Shown: one piece after another, positions 8,846 through 18,210 of the stretch
How the letters are laid out: each line of letters begins with the position of its first letter
Position numbering within the stretch: the stretch's first letter is position 1
Assembly (NCBI GenBank): GCA_963793425.1
Contig: CAWCAG010000009.1
Location: forward strand, 832,001 to 896,000
Direction: 5' to 3'
DNA: 64,000 nt
Origin: an uncultured cyanobacterium
GTDB lineage: Bacteria; Cyanobacteriota; Cyanobacteriia; Cyanobacteriales; CAWCAG01
Translations under genes and position numbers: made by a program
The notes under the pieces: model-generated
Databases searched by the model: none
What the model was told of the DNA's origin: nothing
The model's input: the letters and a program-made list of their open reading frames with translations, nothing else

Positions 8846-10645
8846 CTATTCACTAACTTCAGAAGGAGGAATATTTTCAATAGAAATCAAAGCTTCCATC
8901 ACAGATTTAACCACAGGAGCAGCTACAGTAGAGCCAAAAGCATCACCTTGAGGTTCATCAACCACAGCCAAAACCACATAACGAGGATTATCTACCGGAA
9001 AAATCCCCACAAAACTCGTGATTTTTGCATTAGCATAATATCCTCCAGTGGGACTAGCTTTTTGTGCCGTACCTGTTTTTCCTGCAACACGATAACCAGG
9101 AATTTGAGCATTTTTCCCTGTCCCTTCTTCCACAACAGTCTCCATCATCTCTAAAACATCTCTACTAGTTTCAGGAGAAAAAACACGAGATTCTTCAAAG
9201 CGAGGCCGCCAATGATATTGTCCCTCACCATCAACCAATCCTCTCACCACATGGGGGGTTACTAACTTACCACCGTTAGCCAGTAAGGCATTGAGTTGTG
9301 CTAGTTTAATGGGAGTTAGGGAGAAACCTTGACCAAAAGATGTTGTCGCCGCTTCCACAGGAGAACTCAGAAACTCTTTTTGATTTTTCAGTTGTCCCTT
9401 CGCTTCTCCCATCAAATCTATGCCAACCTTTTCTCCCATTCCCAACCTTTCCAAAGCTCCATAATACGCTTCAGGGGACATTTGACGAACGATTTGTACC
9501 ATGCCCACATTACTAGAATCTCGTAAAATTTCCGTCACGCTAATATAGCCCCGCCCCCCTCGACTTTCATAGTCGAAGTTGGAAATGGGCCAAGTATCAA
9601 CATAAATTAAACCAGGATCATTAAAAGAACTATCTGCTTCAATAGCATTGGCTTCTAAAGCTACAGCAACATTAATGGGTTTAAAAGTGGAACCTGGTTC
9701 ATAAAGATCCGTAACAGCCCAATTTTTAAACAGTTGGACATCAAAGTTGTAATATTTATTTGGGTCGTAAGTTGGTTCACAAACTAAGGATAAAAGAGAA
9801 CCATCGCGGGCATCCATAACAACGACAGTTCCCCTTTTAGCGTTGAACTGACTCATCTTCTGTTTCAGAGCTAAACGGGCTGCCCTTTGCAATCGTAAAT
9901 CAATGGTTAACCGCATCTCCAAATCATCAAAATGCAGAAACCCTTCTGGTACATAAGAAGGCATAAGAGCGCCATTTCCTGCCCGACTAAGACGTAAGGT
10001 ACGTACAGACCTTTCTAAAAATTTTTGTTGGCTATATTCAATTCCTGCTTGTCCTTGATGGTCTAAATCTGTATAGCCAACTACCTCCGATGCCATTTCT
10101 TTATGGGGGTAGAGACGAGAATACTGGCGAATTAATTCTAAGCCATCGGCAGATAAAGCCAAAATGCGGTCGGCAACATCTTCACTCAAGGAGTTGGAAA
10201 GGCGAATCCCTGTCTCTTTTTGGTTAAACTTGTCCATCAACCCTTCTGGGGTTGCGTTGGGTAAGATTTTTGCTAGCTTATCAGCTACATCTTCTTTAGA
10301 AGTAGTAAATAATTTGGGGTGGGCGTAGAGATTATAAACTAATTGGTCTGTAGCCAAAACCTTACCTGTGCGGTCAATTATTTCTCTTCGGGGTATGTAG
10401 GGACGCAGATAAACCATCTGCTGTTGTTGGGCTTTGCCCCCTAAATCAGGAGCATTGAGAATTTGCAGCCGATATAAATTAATCCCTAATGCAATTGCAC
10501 CAGCACAAAGAAATCCCCAGACCATTAGTAATCGAGGTTTTTGGCTGGAGAAAAGACTTGATTGTTCTGGGGATGACGTAGTTTCCCTATTGTTGGGTTG
10601 GCGCTTCTTTTTTGGTGGAAAACTACGCAGTTTGGAATTAGCCAT
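8846..10645 (-). CDS. ftsI: Class B penicillin-binding protein (FtsI-like)
   Basis: N-terminal TM, R.EI.DR.G, YEPGSTFK (SxxK), SSN, KTGT. Confidence 0.88.
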   Translation of the reverse strand: MANSKLRSFPPKKKRQPNNRETTSSPEQSSLFSSQKPRLLMVWGFLCAGAIALGINLYRLQILNAPDLGGKAQQQQMVYLRPYIPRREIIDRTGKVLATDQLVYNLYAHPKLFTTSKEDVADKLAKILPNATPEGLMDKFNQKETGIRLSNSLSEDVADRILALSADGLELIRQYSRLYPHKEMASEVVGYTDLDHQGQAGIEYSQQKFLERSVRTLRLSRAGNGALMPSYVPEGFLHFDDLEMRLTIDLRLQRAARLALKQKMSQFNAKRGTVVVMDARDGSLLSLVCEPTYDPNKYYNFDVQLFKNWAVTDLYEPGSTFKPINVAVALEANAIEADSSFNDPGLIYVDTWPISNFDYESRGGRGYISVTEILRDSSNVGMVQIVRQMSPEAYYGALERLGMGEKVGIDLMGEAKGQLKNQKEFLSSPVEAATTSFGQGFSLTPIKLAQLNALLANGGKLVTPHVVRGLVDGEGQYHWRPRFEESRVFSPETSRDVLEMMETVVEEGTGKNAQIPGYRVAGKTGTAQKASPTGGYYANAKITSFVGIFPVDNPRYVVLAVVDEPQGDAFGSTVAAPVVKSVMEALISIENIPPSEVSE

Positions 10646-10669
10646 TAAGTGAACTGACAGAGTTGGTTT

Positions 10670-11185
10670 TTAGTATCCCAAAGGTGGCGTATTGTCTTGT
10701 CGTACTTGCTTGGAGGTAGATTCTTGGGCTGGACGTATAGTTGGTTCTTCTGAAGAGGGAGGCAACACTAAAGGGCGAGAATGTCTTAGCCCACTTTCTG
10801 GTTTTTCTGCTTGTTGAGCATGATAATTTTCCATGCCTGTTAGAGCTTTGACTAGTTGTCTTTCTATACTCTGCAAATATTCGAGTTTTTTGTACTCCTT
10901 ACTCCAAAGTTGTTGAGTATATACTGTCCAAGCATAAACAACCAAAGTTAAGCTCACTAGGGCAAAAGCCGTTATGGAGGAGCCTTTTTGAATAAAAAAT
11001 AGCGCTCCTAACCAGCCAGGTATTTTTGGGGAGGGAAGAGGCAGTTTTTCTACCCTGGAGTTTGTGACAGGACGATTAGAAGGAATTTCCTTTTTTAACT
11101 GACTATTAGTTACCCGATGGTTCATCGGTACTTGCTGAAGTTTAGGGCGAGGGCGATCATCAAAGGAATGAGGTACAAAAGACAT
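10670..11185 (-). CDS. Conserved single-TM coiled-coil protein upstream of ftsI (FtsL-like)
   Basis: TM followed by YAWTVYTQQLWSKEY..L..L...ERQL coiled coil; ends PLGY; 24 bp from ftsI. Confidence 0.6.
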   Translation of the reverse strand: MSFVPHSFDDRPRPKLQQVPMNHRVTNSQLKKEIPSNRPVTNSRVEKLPLPSPKIPGWLGALFFIQKGSSITAFALVSLTLVVYAWTVYTQQLWSKEYKKLEYLQSIERQLVKALTGMENYHAQQAEKPESGLRHSRPLVLPPSSEEPTIRPAQESTSKQVRQDNTPPLGY

Positions 11186-11528
11186 TTTTTATTAATGCTG
11201 AGCCAATTAGACAGTAGCTATTAAAAAGTCATTTCATCCTAACACCGGATGTTTCAGGGAGCCTAATACCTAAAGCATAATAATTGTCGGTTTGTTTCTC
11301 ATTTAAAAATGATTTTGATTAGTACATACTTATTGGTTTTAAGGGGTAAACCTCTAGTTCAACCCAAGATTTTATGGGACTTACATTATTAGGCGATCGC
11401 TTGATTAAATTCAAGTACTTATGGCATTTGAAGCTTTATTTTGAGTAGATGCAGATACACTTATTTCTTCTTAAGAATTCGCTTATCAAGACGATTTTCT
11501 GAAATAAAGGAATTTGTTTACATAAATA

Positions 11529-11777
11529 CTACTTAACTAAAATCGTATTATCGATTTGCCAGTTATTTACTTGAGGACTCCAAAGTAAATACACTCGTAC
11601 TATAGCGGGAATCTCTCTTCCACTTTCCATTACATATTTTATCTTGGCATCAACCACGGCTGAATCGGCATTTGTTTCTTGAAGAGTGACATCTCCTTCC
11701 ACCAATTTGACGGTTTGCCACCAACTCAGATAAGAAGTATAGCCTTTGGTAATGTTAACCTGAATCTTATAGGGCAA
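11529..11777 (-). pseudogene. Probable 5'-truncated fragment resembling an extracytoplasmic C-terminal domain of cyanobacterial Ser/Thr kinases
   Basis: GY.SY..WW..V...A.VDA...Y.M.SGR...L.W....W.ID pattern; TTG start only 19 bp from the divergent kinase ATG. Confidence 0.45.
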
Positions 11778-11796
11778 AGGAAAAACACTAGCAAGT

Positions 11797-12855
11797 ATGA
11801 TTATTCCTCCTGGAACTTTGTTGCGAGGACGCTATCGGGTTATTGCTTCTCTGAGTAAAGGAGGCTTTGCGAAAACCTATGAGGTGGTAGACGAGAAAGA
11901 TAATAACACCTCTAAGGTAGTTAAAATCCTTGAACTAGACCGCACTATTGGTTCTAAGAATAAGGAAAAAATTATCTCTTTATTTAAAAGAGAAGCAGCA
12001 ATTTTAAGCGAGTTAGAGGACTGCGGCATTCCTAAAGGGGAAGCAAACAGCTATTTTACCTATCATCCAGAAGGGGAGAAACGCCCTTGTCATTGTTTAG
12101 TGATGGAGAAAATCAATGGCCCTAACTTGGAAGAATGGTTAAAACAGCGGGCAAATCAGCCTATTTCAGAAAAGCAAGCTATTACTTGGTTAACTCAACT
12201 GGTAGAAATATTAGCTAAGCTTCACGAGCAAAACTATGTGCATCGCGACATTAAGCCAGCTAACGTGATGTTACGCTTGAGTACCGAAACAGGCATAACA
12301 GAAGATGAGTGTCACCATCAGTTAGTCTTGATTGATTTCGGGGCAGTTAAGCAAGTTACAGCTAGTTATATCGCTGGGAGCGATCGCAGTACTCGCTTAG
12401 GTTCACCAGGTTATATTGCTCCTGAACAGGATGTAGGTAAAGTTGTTCCCCAATCAGACTTTTTTGCTTTAGGACGTACCTTGGTTCATTTGCTGACAGG
12501 TAAACATCCTATGGATATAGGGCAAGATTATGAAACGAGTAAGCTAGACTGGCGCAACCTTGCACCACAAATTTCCTCACCTTTGGCAGATTTATTAGAT
12601 GAGTTGATGTCTCCTTCCCCCAAAACTCGCCCCCAAACTGCCCAAAAAATTAAGCAAGGCTTGGAGAAAATCATCAACCCCCCTGCACCTTCTCAAGCTT
12701 TAATAAACATATCTGGTCTTCATTTGCTGGTATTAGTAAATCTGGTTATTTTAGTCATTTTGCTAATCGTAAGCAGCTTATTCTGGCAAGCAAAACAGAA
12801 ACAACATGAATTTGAAGAACAGACAGGTTCCGGTAGAGCAGCTATTATGAGCTAA
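11797..12855 (+). CDS. Hanks-type Ser/Thr protein kinase with C-terminal TM
   Basis: L.KGGFAKTY, VVK, HRDIKPAN, LIDFG, GY.APEQ, SDFFALG. Confidence 0.92.
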   Translation: MIIPPGTLLRGRYRVIASLSKGGFAKTYEVVDEKDNNTSKVVKILELDRTIGSKNKEKIISLFKREAAILSELEDCGIPKGEANSYFTYHPEGEKRPCHCLVMEKINGPNLEEWLKQRANQPISEKQAITWLTQLVEILAKLHEQNYVHRDIKPANVMLRLSTETGITEDECHHQLVLIDFGAVKQVTASYIAGSDRSTRLGSPGYIAPEQDVGKVVPQSDFFALGRTLVHLLTGKHPMDIGQDYETSKLDWRNLAPQISSPLADLLDELMSPSPKTRPQTAQKIKQGLEKIINPPAPSQALINISGLHLLVLVNLVILVILLIVSSLFWQAKQKQHEFEEQTGSGRAAIMS

Positions 12856-12953
12856 AATCCAAGCAAACCTGCACATTCTCGATATTTTAATGAAGAATAA
12901 TTTCAGATTTGCTATCTTAAGTTCATTAAGATAAGTTAAGAATTGTTACCACT

Positions 12954-13217
12954 GTGAGTTCTCATCCTCTACCGCAAACTACTGCTTACGTGCGGATAAC
13001 TAAGCAGTCTTGGCAACAAGGAAAAATTGAAGGAGAAATTAGGGCGGGCTACTATGAATGGCAGTTCAATTGGCATTTTCGCTGCGGTCAGCTATCGGTT
13101 CATCCTTCTTTAGGCAGGGCGTTGATTCTAGAACCTTTGGGGCGTTTTCTAGAACAGAGTGATTATTTACTTGAACCAGGAGGAGATTACGAGTTTACCG
13201 TTCGTGCGGAGTTATAG
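12954..13217 (+). CDS. DUF3146-family cyanobacterial protein
   Basis: P.TTAYVRIT.QSW..G.IEGE..AG..EWQF.W.FR...PSLGRALI.EPLGRFLE..DY.LEPGGDY.FT.RA. Confidence 0.85.
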   Translation: MSSHPLPQTTAYVRITKQSWQQGKIEGEIRAGYYEWQFNWHFRCGQLSVHPSLGRALILEPLGRFLEQSDYLLEPGGDYEFTVRAEL

Positions 13218-13254
13218 GCAATAGAGGGCAAATTTCAAATGTTTAATGTTTAAT

Positions 13255-13311
13255 ATAGCCTACGGCAACGCATAGTCTAACGACAACGTTTACACAAACG
13301 CGAAGCGCCAA
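13255..13311 (+). repeat. Small dispersed two-hairpin repeat with a second copy nested inside
   Basis: atagcctacggcaacgc[atagtctaacgacaacgtttacacaaac]gcgaagcgcca within heptamer run aatgttt. Confidence 0.6.
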
Positions 13312-13313
13312 TA

Positions 13314-13634
13314 ATGTTCAATGATAAATGTTTAACCCCAATAGTTGCCACCACAAAAATGCAAGCTTGGATTCGCAGCAGACATCTGGTTTATTCAGGT
13401 AAGTTTTTTGTTTTAGAAACTTCAGAATATGCAACAATAGAAAGCTTTTGTGAATGTGTAGAAGCTTTAGGAGAAATATTAATTAGTGTAGAACCTTTAA
13501 GAAAAGCTTTGATTAGCAACCAAAGAAAGGTTATTCTTTATCAAGCAAAAGCAAGCTTGCATAACCCTCATCATGATTTAAAACAATATTGGCTTAATCA
13601 TGGTAGTTCCTCCAGTCGCTTTGAAAATCAATGA
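13314..13634 (+). CDS. cpeR: CpeR-family phycoerythrin regulator
   Basis: MQAWIRSRHL..SG.FFV.ET...F.ECV..LG..LISVEP...YQAKASLH.PHH.LKQYW; true start uncertain because the first residues derive from heptamer repeats. Confidence 0.75.
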   Translation: MFNDKCLTPIVATTKMQAWIRSRHLVYSGKFFVLETSEYATIESFCECVEALGEILISVEPLRKALISNQRKVILYQAKASLHNPHHDLKQYWLNHGSSSSRFENQ

Positions 13635-13660
13635 TGTCTACGGCAACGGCAAGCCGAACA
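13633..13660 (+). repeat. Small dispersed two-hairpin repeat
   Basis: gatgtctacggcaacggcaagccgaaca; similar copies at 45822 and 45868. Confidence 0.75.
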
Positions 13661-13714
13661 GTTATCAATAATCTCAGTGGAAATTAACTGCTGCCTACTC
13701 CCTACTCCCTTATT

Positions 13715-13963
13715 TTGATAATGAAAGAACAATTTCTTATTTGGCTTAATAAATTTTTAGTTGCTAATATTTTCTTTGTTATTTTGAGCTTTTTTTGGTT
13801 CGTTATTGCTTTAATCGGGCGTTCTGTGAATATTCCTTTGGGTTTTGATCTTTGGTTTAGTCTTTGGGAACCAGTTTTTACCCCAGCCATTGGTATATTA
13901 ATGGCTGGGGCAATCATGGTTGGTTTAATTAATCAAATTAATAAACGACTAAACCGCAGCTAA
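13715..13963 (+). CDS. Small conserved two-TM membrane protein
   Basis: Two hydrophobic segments around [23 protein letters not shown]. Confidence 0.75.
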   Translation: MIMKEQFLIWLNKFLVANIFFVILSFFWFVIALIGRSVNIPLGFDLWFSLWEPVFTPAIGILMAGAIMVGLINQINKRLNRS

Positions 13964-14659
13964 CTCCCGCTCAGCAGGACGCTTACTGTTACGAATCCCT
14001 TCAATAGCCTCAGCATAATCAGGTGCTTTAAAAACAGCAGAACCAGCTACAATAGCATTGGCTCCCGCTTCTAAAACCTGCCAAGTATTATTGGGCTTCA
14101 AACCGCCATCAACTTCAATCCAAGGATCTAATCCTCTTTCATCACACATCTGACGCAGTTTTTGGATTTTAGGAACGACTCCAGGAATGAAGCTTTGACC
14201 ACCGAAACCAGGGTTAACGCTCATGATTAAAATGAGGTCACAAAGTTCCAAAACATAGTCAATTAACTCTAAAGGAGTACCAGGATTAAGGACGACACCC
14301 GCTTGTTTGCCTAACTCCCGAATTTGACCCAAGGTACGATGGAGATGAGGAGAAGCATTGTGTTCAGCGTGTACAGAAATAATATCTGCCCCAGCTTTAG
14401 CAAAGCCCTCAACGTACTTTTCTGGTTCGACAATCATCAAGTGAACATCCAAAGGCTTTTTGGTAACAGGGCGAATCGCATCAACAATTAAAGGGCCGAT
14501 GGTAATGTTAGGAACAAAACGTCCATCCATAACATCGACGTGAATCCAGTCTGCACCCGCTTCATCAATAGCTTTAATTTCTTCTCCTAAACGGCTGAAG
14601 TCAGCAGATAAAATTGAAGGGGAGATTACTATATCTTTTTTCTTAGCAGCTTGGTTCAT
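13949..14659 (-). CDS. rpe: Ribulose-phosphate 3-epimerase
   Basis: [47 protein letters not shown]. Confidence 0.97.
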   Translation of the reverse strand: MNQAAKKKDIVISPSILSADFSRLGEEIKAIDEAGADWIHVDVMDGRFVPNITIGPLIVDAIRPVTKKPLDVHLMIVEPEKYVEGFAKAGADIISVHAEHNASPHLHRTLGQIRELGKQAGVVLNPGTPLELIDYVLELCDLILIMSVNPGFGGQSFIPGVVPKIQKLRQMCDERGLDPWIEVDGGLKPNNTWQVLEAGANAIVAGSAVFKAPDYAEAIEGIRNSKRPAERELAAV

Positions 14660-14758
14660 GGCAAGTATTTTCTCAAAAATATATCTTTGCTCATAATTTT
14701 AACAAAATGTTTACAATTACGTTTTTAAGAGTTAAAACCAACCGAAATTATTCTTTTA

Positions 14759-14774
14759 TAGAACATTTGTTCTA
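14759..14774. promoter_or_regulatory. Palindrome resembling a LexA box in the rpe-argS divergent region
   Basis: TAGAAC-ATTT-GTTCTA with perfect 6-bp arms. Confidence 0.4.
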
Positions 14775-15062
14775 ATTTTATTTTTGTTTTTATCTATCTC
14801 TTGATTCTATCTTTATTTGATGATATTTTAGATAATGGGTAATATAAGGTTCTATTCAAAAAAATGCGTCTATTCCCATTATTTAAAATAATTTTACCTT
14901 GTCAAGGGAAAATAAGGTAGAAAAACGCCAGAAAAAATGTAAATTTTTGTAAAGTTTGTTAGTTGCTTCCTTTAAAACTAAAAACCAAGAACTAGAAACC
15001 AAAAACTAACTATCAAAGACAAGTTACTGTAATAGGATTGGTTAAGGGAAAAAATATCTTTT

Positions 15063-16820
15063 ATGCAATCAATCCTCCAACAACTCAAAAGTAGCTTTAG
15101 CAACGCCTTAGTAGCAGCATACGGTAATGAATTTGCTGATACAGATCCTCTTGTTGTCCTTGCCAGCAATCCCAAATTTGGTGACTATCAAGCTAACGTT
15201 GCCCTCTCCTTAACCAAAAAGTTAGGCAAGCCTCCTCGTACTATTGCCCAAGAATTAATCACTAAGTTGGATGTTGAAGACTTTTGCCAACCGCCTCAAA
15301 TTGCTGGCCCTGGTTTCATTAATCTTACTTTGCAACCAGAATATTTAGAAAGGTTTTTAAAAACTATTCAAGGGGATGAGCGTTTAGGGATAGAGAAAGT
15401 TAAAGATCCGCAACGGGTAATCATCGACTTTTCTAGCCCTAACATTGCTAAAGAAATGCACGTCGGCCATCTCCGTTCGACTATTATCGGCGATTGTCTT
15501 GCCCGTGTGTTGGAATTTCGGGGTCAAGATGTCCTGCGGTTAAATCATGTGGGGGATTGGGGTACTCAGTTTGGGATGTTAATCGCTTATTTGCGAGAAG
15601 CCTATCCAAAAGCCTTAACTACTGCCGATGCTCTAGAATTGGGGGATTTAGTGGCTTTATATCGTCAAGCAAAACAGCGTTTTGATGAAGACGAAGAATT
15701 TCGCGAAACTTCCCGTGAAGAAGTAGTTAAGTTGCAAGCAGGGGCAGAAGATAGTTTAAGGGCATGGCAATTACTTTGTAATCAATCTCGGCGAGAGTTT
15801 GAGGTTATTTATAAGCTTCTGGATATTAAGTTAACAGAAAGAGGAGAGTCTTTTTATAATCCCATGTTGCCGGATATAGTTACTTATTTGGATGAACAAG
15901 GTTTATTAGAAAAGAATGCCGGGGCGCAATGTGTTTTCTTAGAAGGTTTCCAGAATAAAGAAGGAGATCCTTTACCCTTAATTGTGCAGAAATCTGATGG
16001 GGGTTATAACTACGCAACCACTGATTTAGCTGCTTTGAAATATCGGGTAGAAGAAGATGGGGCCGAGAGAATTATTTATGTTACAGATGCGGGGCAAGGT
16101 AATCATTTTGCTCAAGTATTTCAAGTGGCAAGAAAAGCAGAAATATTACCAGAAAACGTTGAAGTTGTTCACGTGCCTTTTGGTTTAGTGCTAGGGCCAG
16201 ATGGTAAAAAGCTGGCAACTCGTTCCGGAAAAACAATTCGCCTCAAAGACTTACTTGATGAAGCAATTTCTCGTTCTCGCGCAGATTTAGAGAAGAGATT
16301 AAAAGAGGAGAAAAGAACAGAAAGTGAAGAGTTTATTTCTCAAGTATCTCAAGTAGTGGGTTTGAGTGCTGTTAAATACGCTGATTTAAGTCAAAATCGT
16401 ATCAGTAACTATATCTTTAGCTACGACAGAATGTTAGAACTGAAAGGTAATACCGCACCCTATATGCTTTACGCCTACGCGAGAACAAGAAGTGTGGGTC
16501 GTGAAGGGAAAGTTGATTTTACTCAGTTACAGGATGCCGCTATTCTTTTAAAAGAAACAGAGGAATTAGTTTTAGCTAAGCATATTTTAAATTTTGAAGA
16601 AGTAGTTAAAGAAGTAGAAAAAGAATTACTTCCCAATCGTCTTTGCGACTATTTATATGAACTAGCGAAAAAGTATAATCGCTTTTACGAAGAGTGTCCT
16701 ATTCTGCAAGCAGAAGAAGAATCTCTTAAAAACTCTCGCTTAATAGTGGCTGATTTAACAGCAAAAACTATTAAGTTAGGTTTGTCTTTATTAGGGATAA
16801 CGGTTTTAGAAAGAATGTAA
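15063..16820 (+). CDS. argS: Arginine--tRNA ligase
   Basis: [46 protein letters not shown], ends LERM. Confidence 0.98.
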   Translation: MQSILQQLKSSFSNALVAAYGNEFADTDPLVVLASNPKFGDYQANVALSLTKKLGKPPRTIAQELITKLDVEDFCQPPQIAGPGFINLTLQPEYLERFLKTIQGDERLGIEKVKDPQRVIIDFSSPNIAKEMHVGHLRSTIIGDCLARVLEFRGQDVLRLNHVGDWGTQFGMLIAYLREAYPKALTTADALELGDLVALYRQAKQRFDEDEEFRETSREEVVKLQAGAEDSLRAWQLLCNQSRREFEVIYKLLDIKLTERGESFYNPMLPDIVTYLDEQGLLEKNAGAQCVFLEGFQNKEGDPLPLIVQKSDGGYNYATTDLAALKYRVEEDGAERIIYVTDAGQGNHFAQVFQVARKAEILPENVEVVHVPFGLVLGPDGKKLATRSGKTIRLKDLLDEAISRSRADLEKRLKEEKRTESEEFISQVSQVVGLSAVKYADLSQNRISNYIFSYDRMLELKGNTAPYMLYAYARTRSVGREGKVDFTQLQDAAILLKETEELVLAKHILNFEEVVKEVEKELLPNRLCDYLYELAKKYNRFYEECPILQAEEESLKNSRLIVADLTAKTIKLGLSLLGITVLERM

Positions 16821-16910
16821 TCTTATCAAAGAAGTCAAGACAGTTCACTATGTTCAGAGGTCATCCTAAAGATTTGAAAATTTGTGGATAGATTAAATTG
16901 AGAATGACTC

Positions 16911-17005
16911 TATAGCCTTTCTCGGACTGATGAGGTACATTTCCACTAGCCACTAGCCAAAGCGCAAAAACCAGGCTGTACCTCACTAGCCTAAGAATCG
17001 CTATA
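16911..17005. mobile_element. 95-bp MITE-like element with imperfect ~29-bp terminal inverted repeats
   Basis: Left tatagcctttctcggactgatgaggtaca vs reverse complement of right end tatagcgattcttaggctagtgaggtaca; half copy at 27342-27366. Confidence 0.7.
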
Positions 17006-17113
17006 TTACTTTAATGGACATTAAAAGGAGTAATATGAAATAGAAAAAGGTATGCTACACATAAATCAAATCAAGCTATTTGTTCTCGCTCATATAACAA
17101 ATAGCAAAAAAGC

Positions 17114-17983
17114 TTATTCTCCTACACTAAGTTGACGTAAAGCGATTTGCTTGCTGATACATTCAATGGCTAAAATTAGTGACCTCATTAGTTCAGAATT
17201 TTGTTCGTAACTGGCTGGCACTAAATTACCTAACCTCTGGCTATCAGTTACTTTTTGGCGATGTTCCCACTCTTGGGCAGTCGAATCATGAAAAATACCG
17301 AGTGCAATGCCTTGGTATTGATTAATAGCAGCAAAGCAAGGAATATCAGATGTACCGTCACCAACATAAATTACTTGATTAAGAGGAACGTGTAATTCTG
17401 TAGTTGGTATATCACGGTAGTTGTAGATTAAATCTTTTTCTTTTTCTGCCTTAACGCCCATAGAAAGATAATACAAATAACGAGTTTTTTCTGTATGAGT
17501 CATTAACTGTTTGAGAAATTGAATTTCTCCTTTCTCATCATAAGCCAATTCGCAACCCCATATTTTGGTAAAGTATTTGGCAATAGAAGTATTACGAGTA
17601 ATATCAACAAAGCCACCGCTAATTAAATAAAACTCTACTTCCACTTCGGGAAGTATTTCCACTGCTCGCTTTCTCAAGCACTCGAACATCTCAGCTACTC
17701 CTTCAATTAGGCGCATTCGTTGACCTAAATTAGCTAATCGTTCGTAAGTGATCTTGTCTTTGTTTTCTCTTTCTTGTGACTCTTGAACTAAACAATAAGT
17801 TCTCGCTAAATACTTATGCCAACCTTTCTCTATCAAAGGATTAATGCGCTCTCTCTCAAAAGCTTCTACATCAAGCTGACAATCCCTTAAAAGGGCTTTA
17901 AAGCTATCATCTGGAATTAAGGTTTCATCAAAGTCAAAGACAACTGCAATGCAATTAGAAAGCGGTTTAGTGGCGTGGTTCAT
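17114..17983 (-). CDS. HAD-superfamily hydrolase of unknown substrate
   Basis: Motif I VFDFDET, motif II LISGG, motif III K in EKTRY, motif IV YVGDGTSD. Confidence 0.85.
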   Translation of the reverse strand: MNHATKPLSNCIAVVFDFDETLIPDDSFKALLRDCQLDVEAFERERINPLIEKGWHKYLARTYCLVQESQERENKDKITYERLANLGQRMRLIEGVAEMFECLRKRAVEILPEVEVEFYLISGGFVDITRNTSIAKYFTKIWGCELAYDEKGEIQFLKQLMTHTEKTRYLYYLSMGVKAEKEKDLIYNYRDIPTTELHVPLNQVIYVGDGTSDIPCFAAINQYQGIALGIFHDSTAQEWEHRQKVTDSQRLGNLVPASYEQNSELMRSLILAIECISKQIALRQLSVGE

Positions 17984-18138
17984 AAGTTAAACATTTCCCT
18001 ACAAATAAAGAGATAGCTTGTGGTTTCAATGGGTAATAGCTTAGCAAATAAATTCTTCCAAACCTTATTAAGCTAAGTCACATTTAAACTGGTATTGATT
18101 AAATGAATATAGTTTTCCTCAACCTCTTTACTATTGAC

Positions 18139-18165
18139 TATTCCCTACGGCAACGCTTCGGGAAC
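18139..18165 (+). repeat. Small dispersed two-hairpin repeat (variant)
   Basis: tattccctacggcaacgcttcgggaac after heptamer-like ctattga. Confidence 0.55.
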
Positions 18166-18210
18166 CCTCGCCACACAAACCAACTTAAAAGTATACAGCT
18201 TACTTATTAC

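Noticed and set aside
6122..10652. Plus-strand ORFs within ctaA, the Rpn remnant and ftsI
   Set aside because: Antisense shadows of well-supported minus-strand genes.
11186..11528. Possible ncRNA in the long intergenic region upstream of the ftsL-like gene
   Set aside because: No recognisable RNA family motif or strong stem; more likely promoter DNA.
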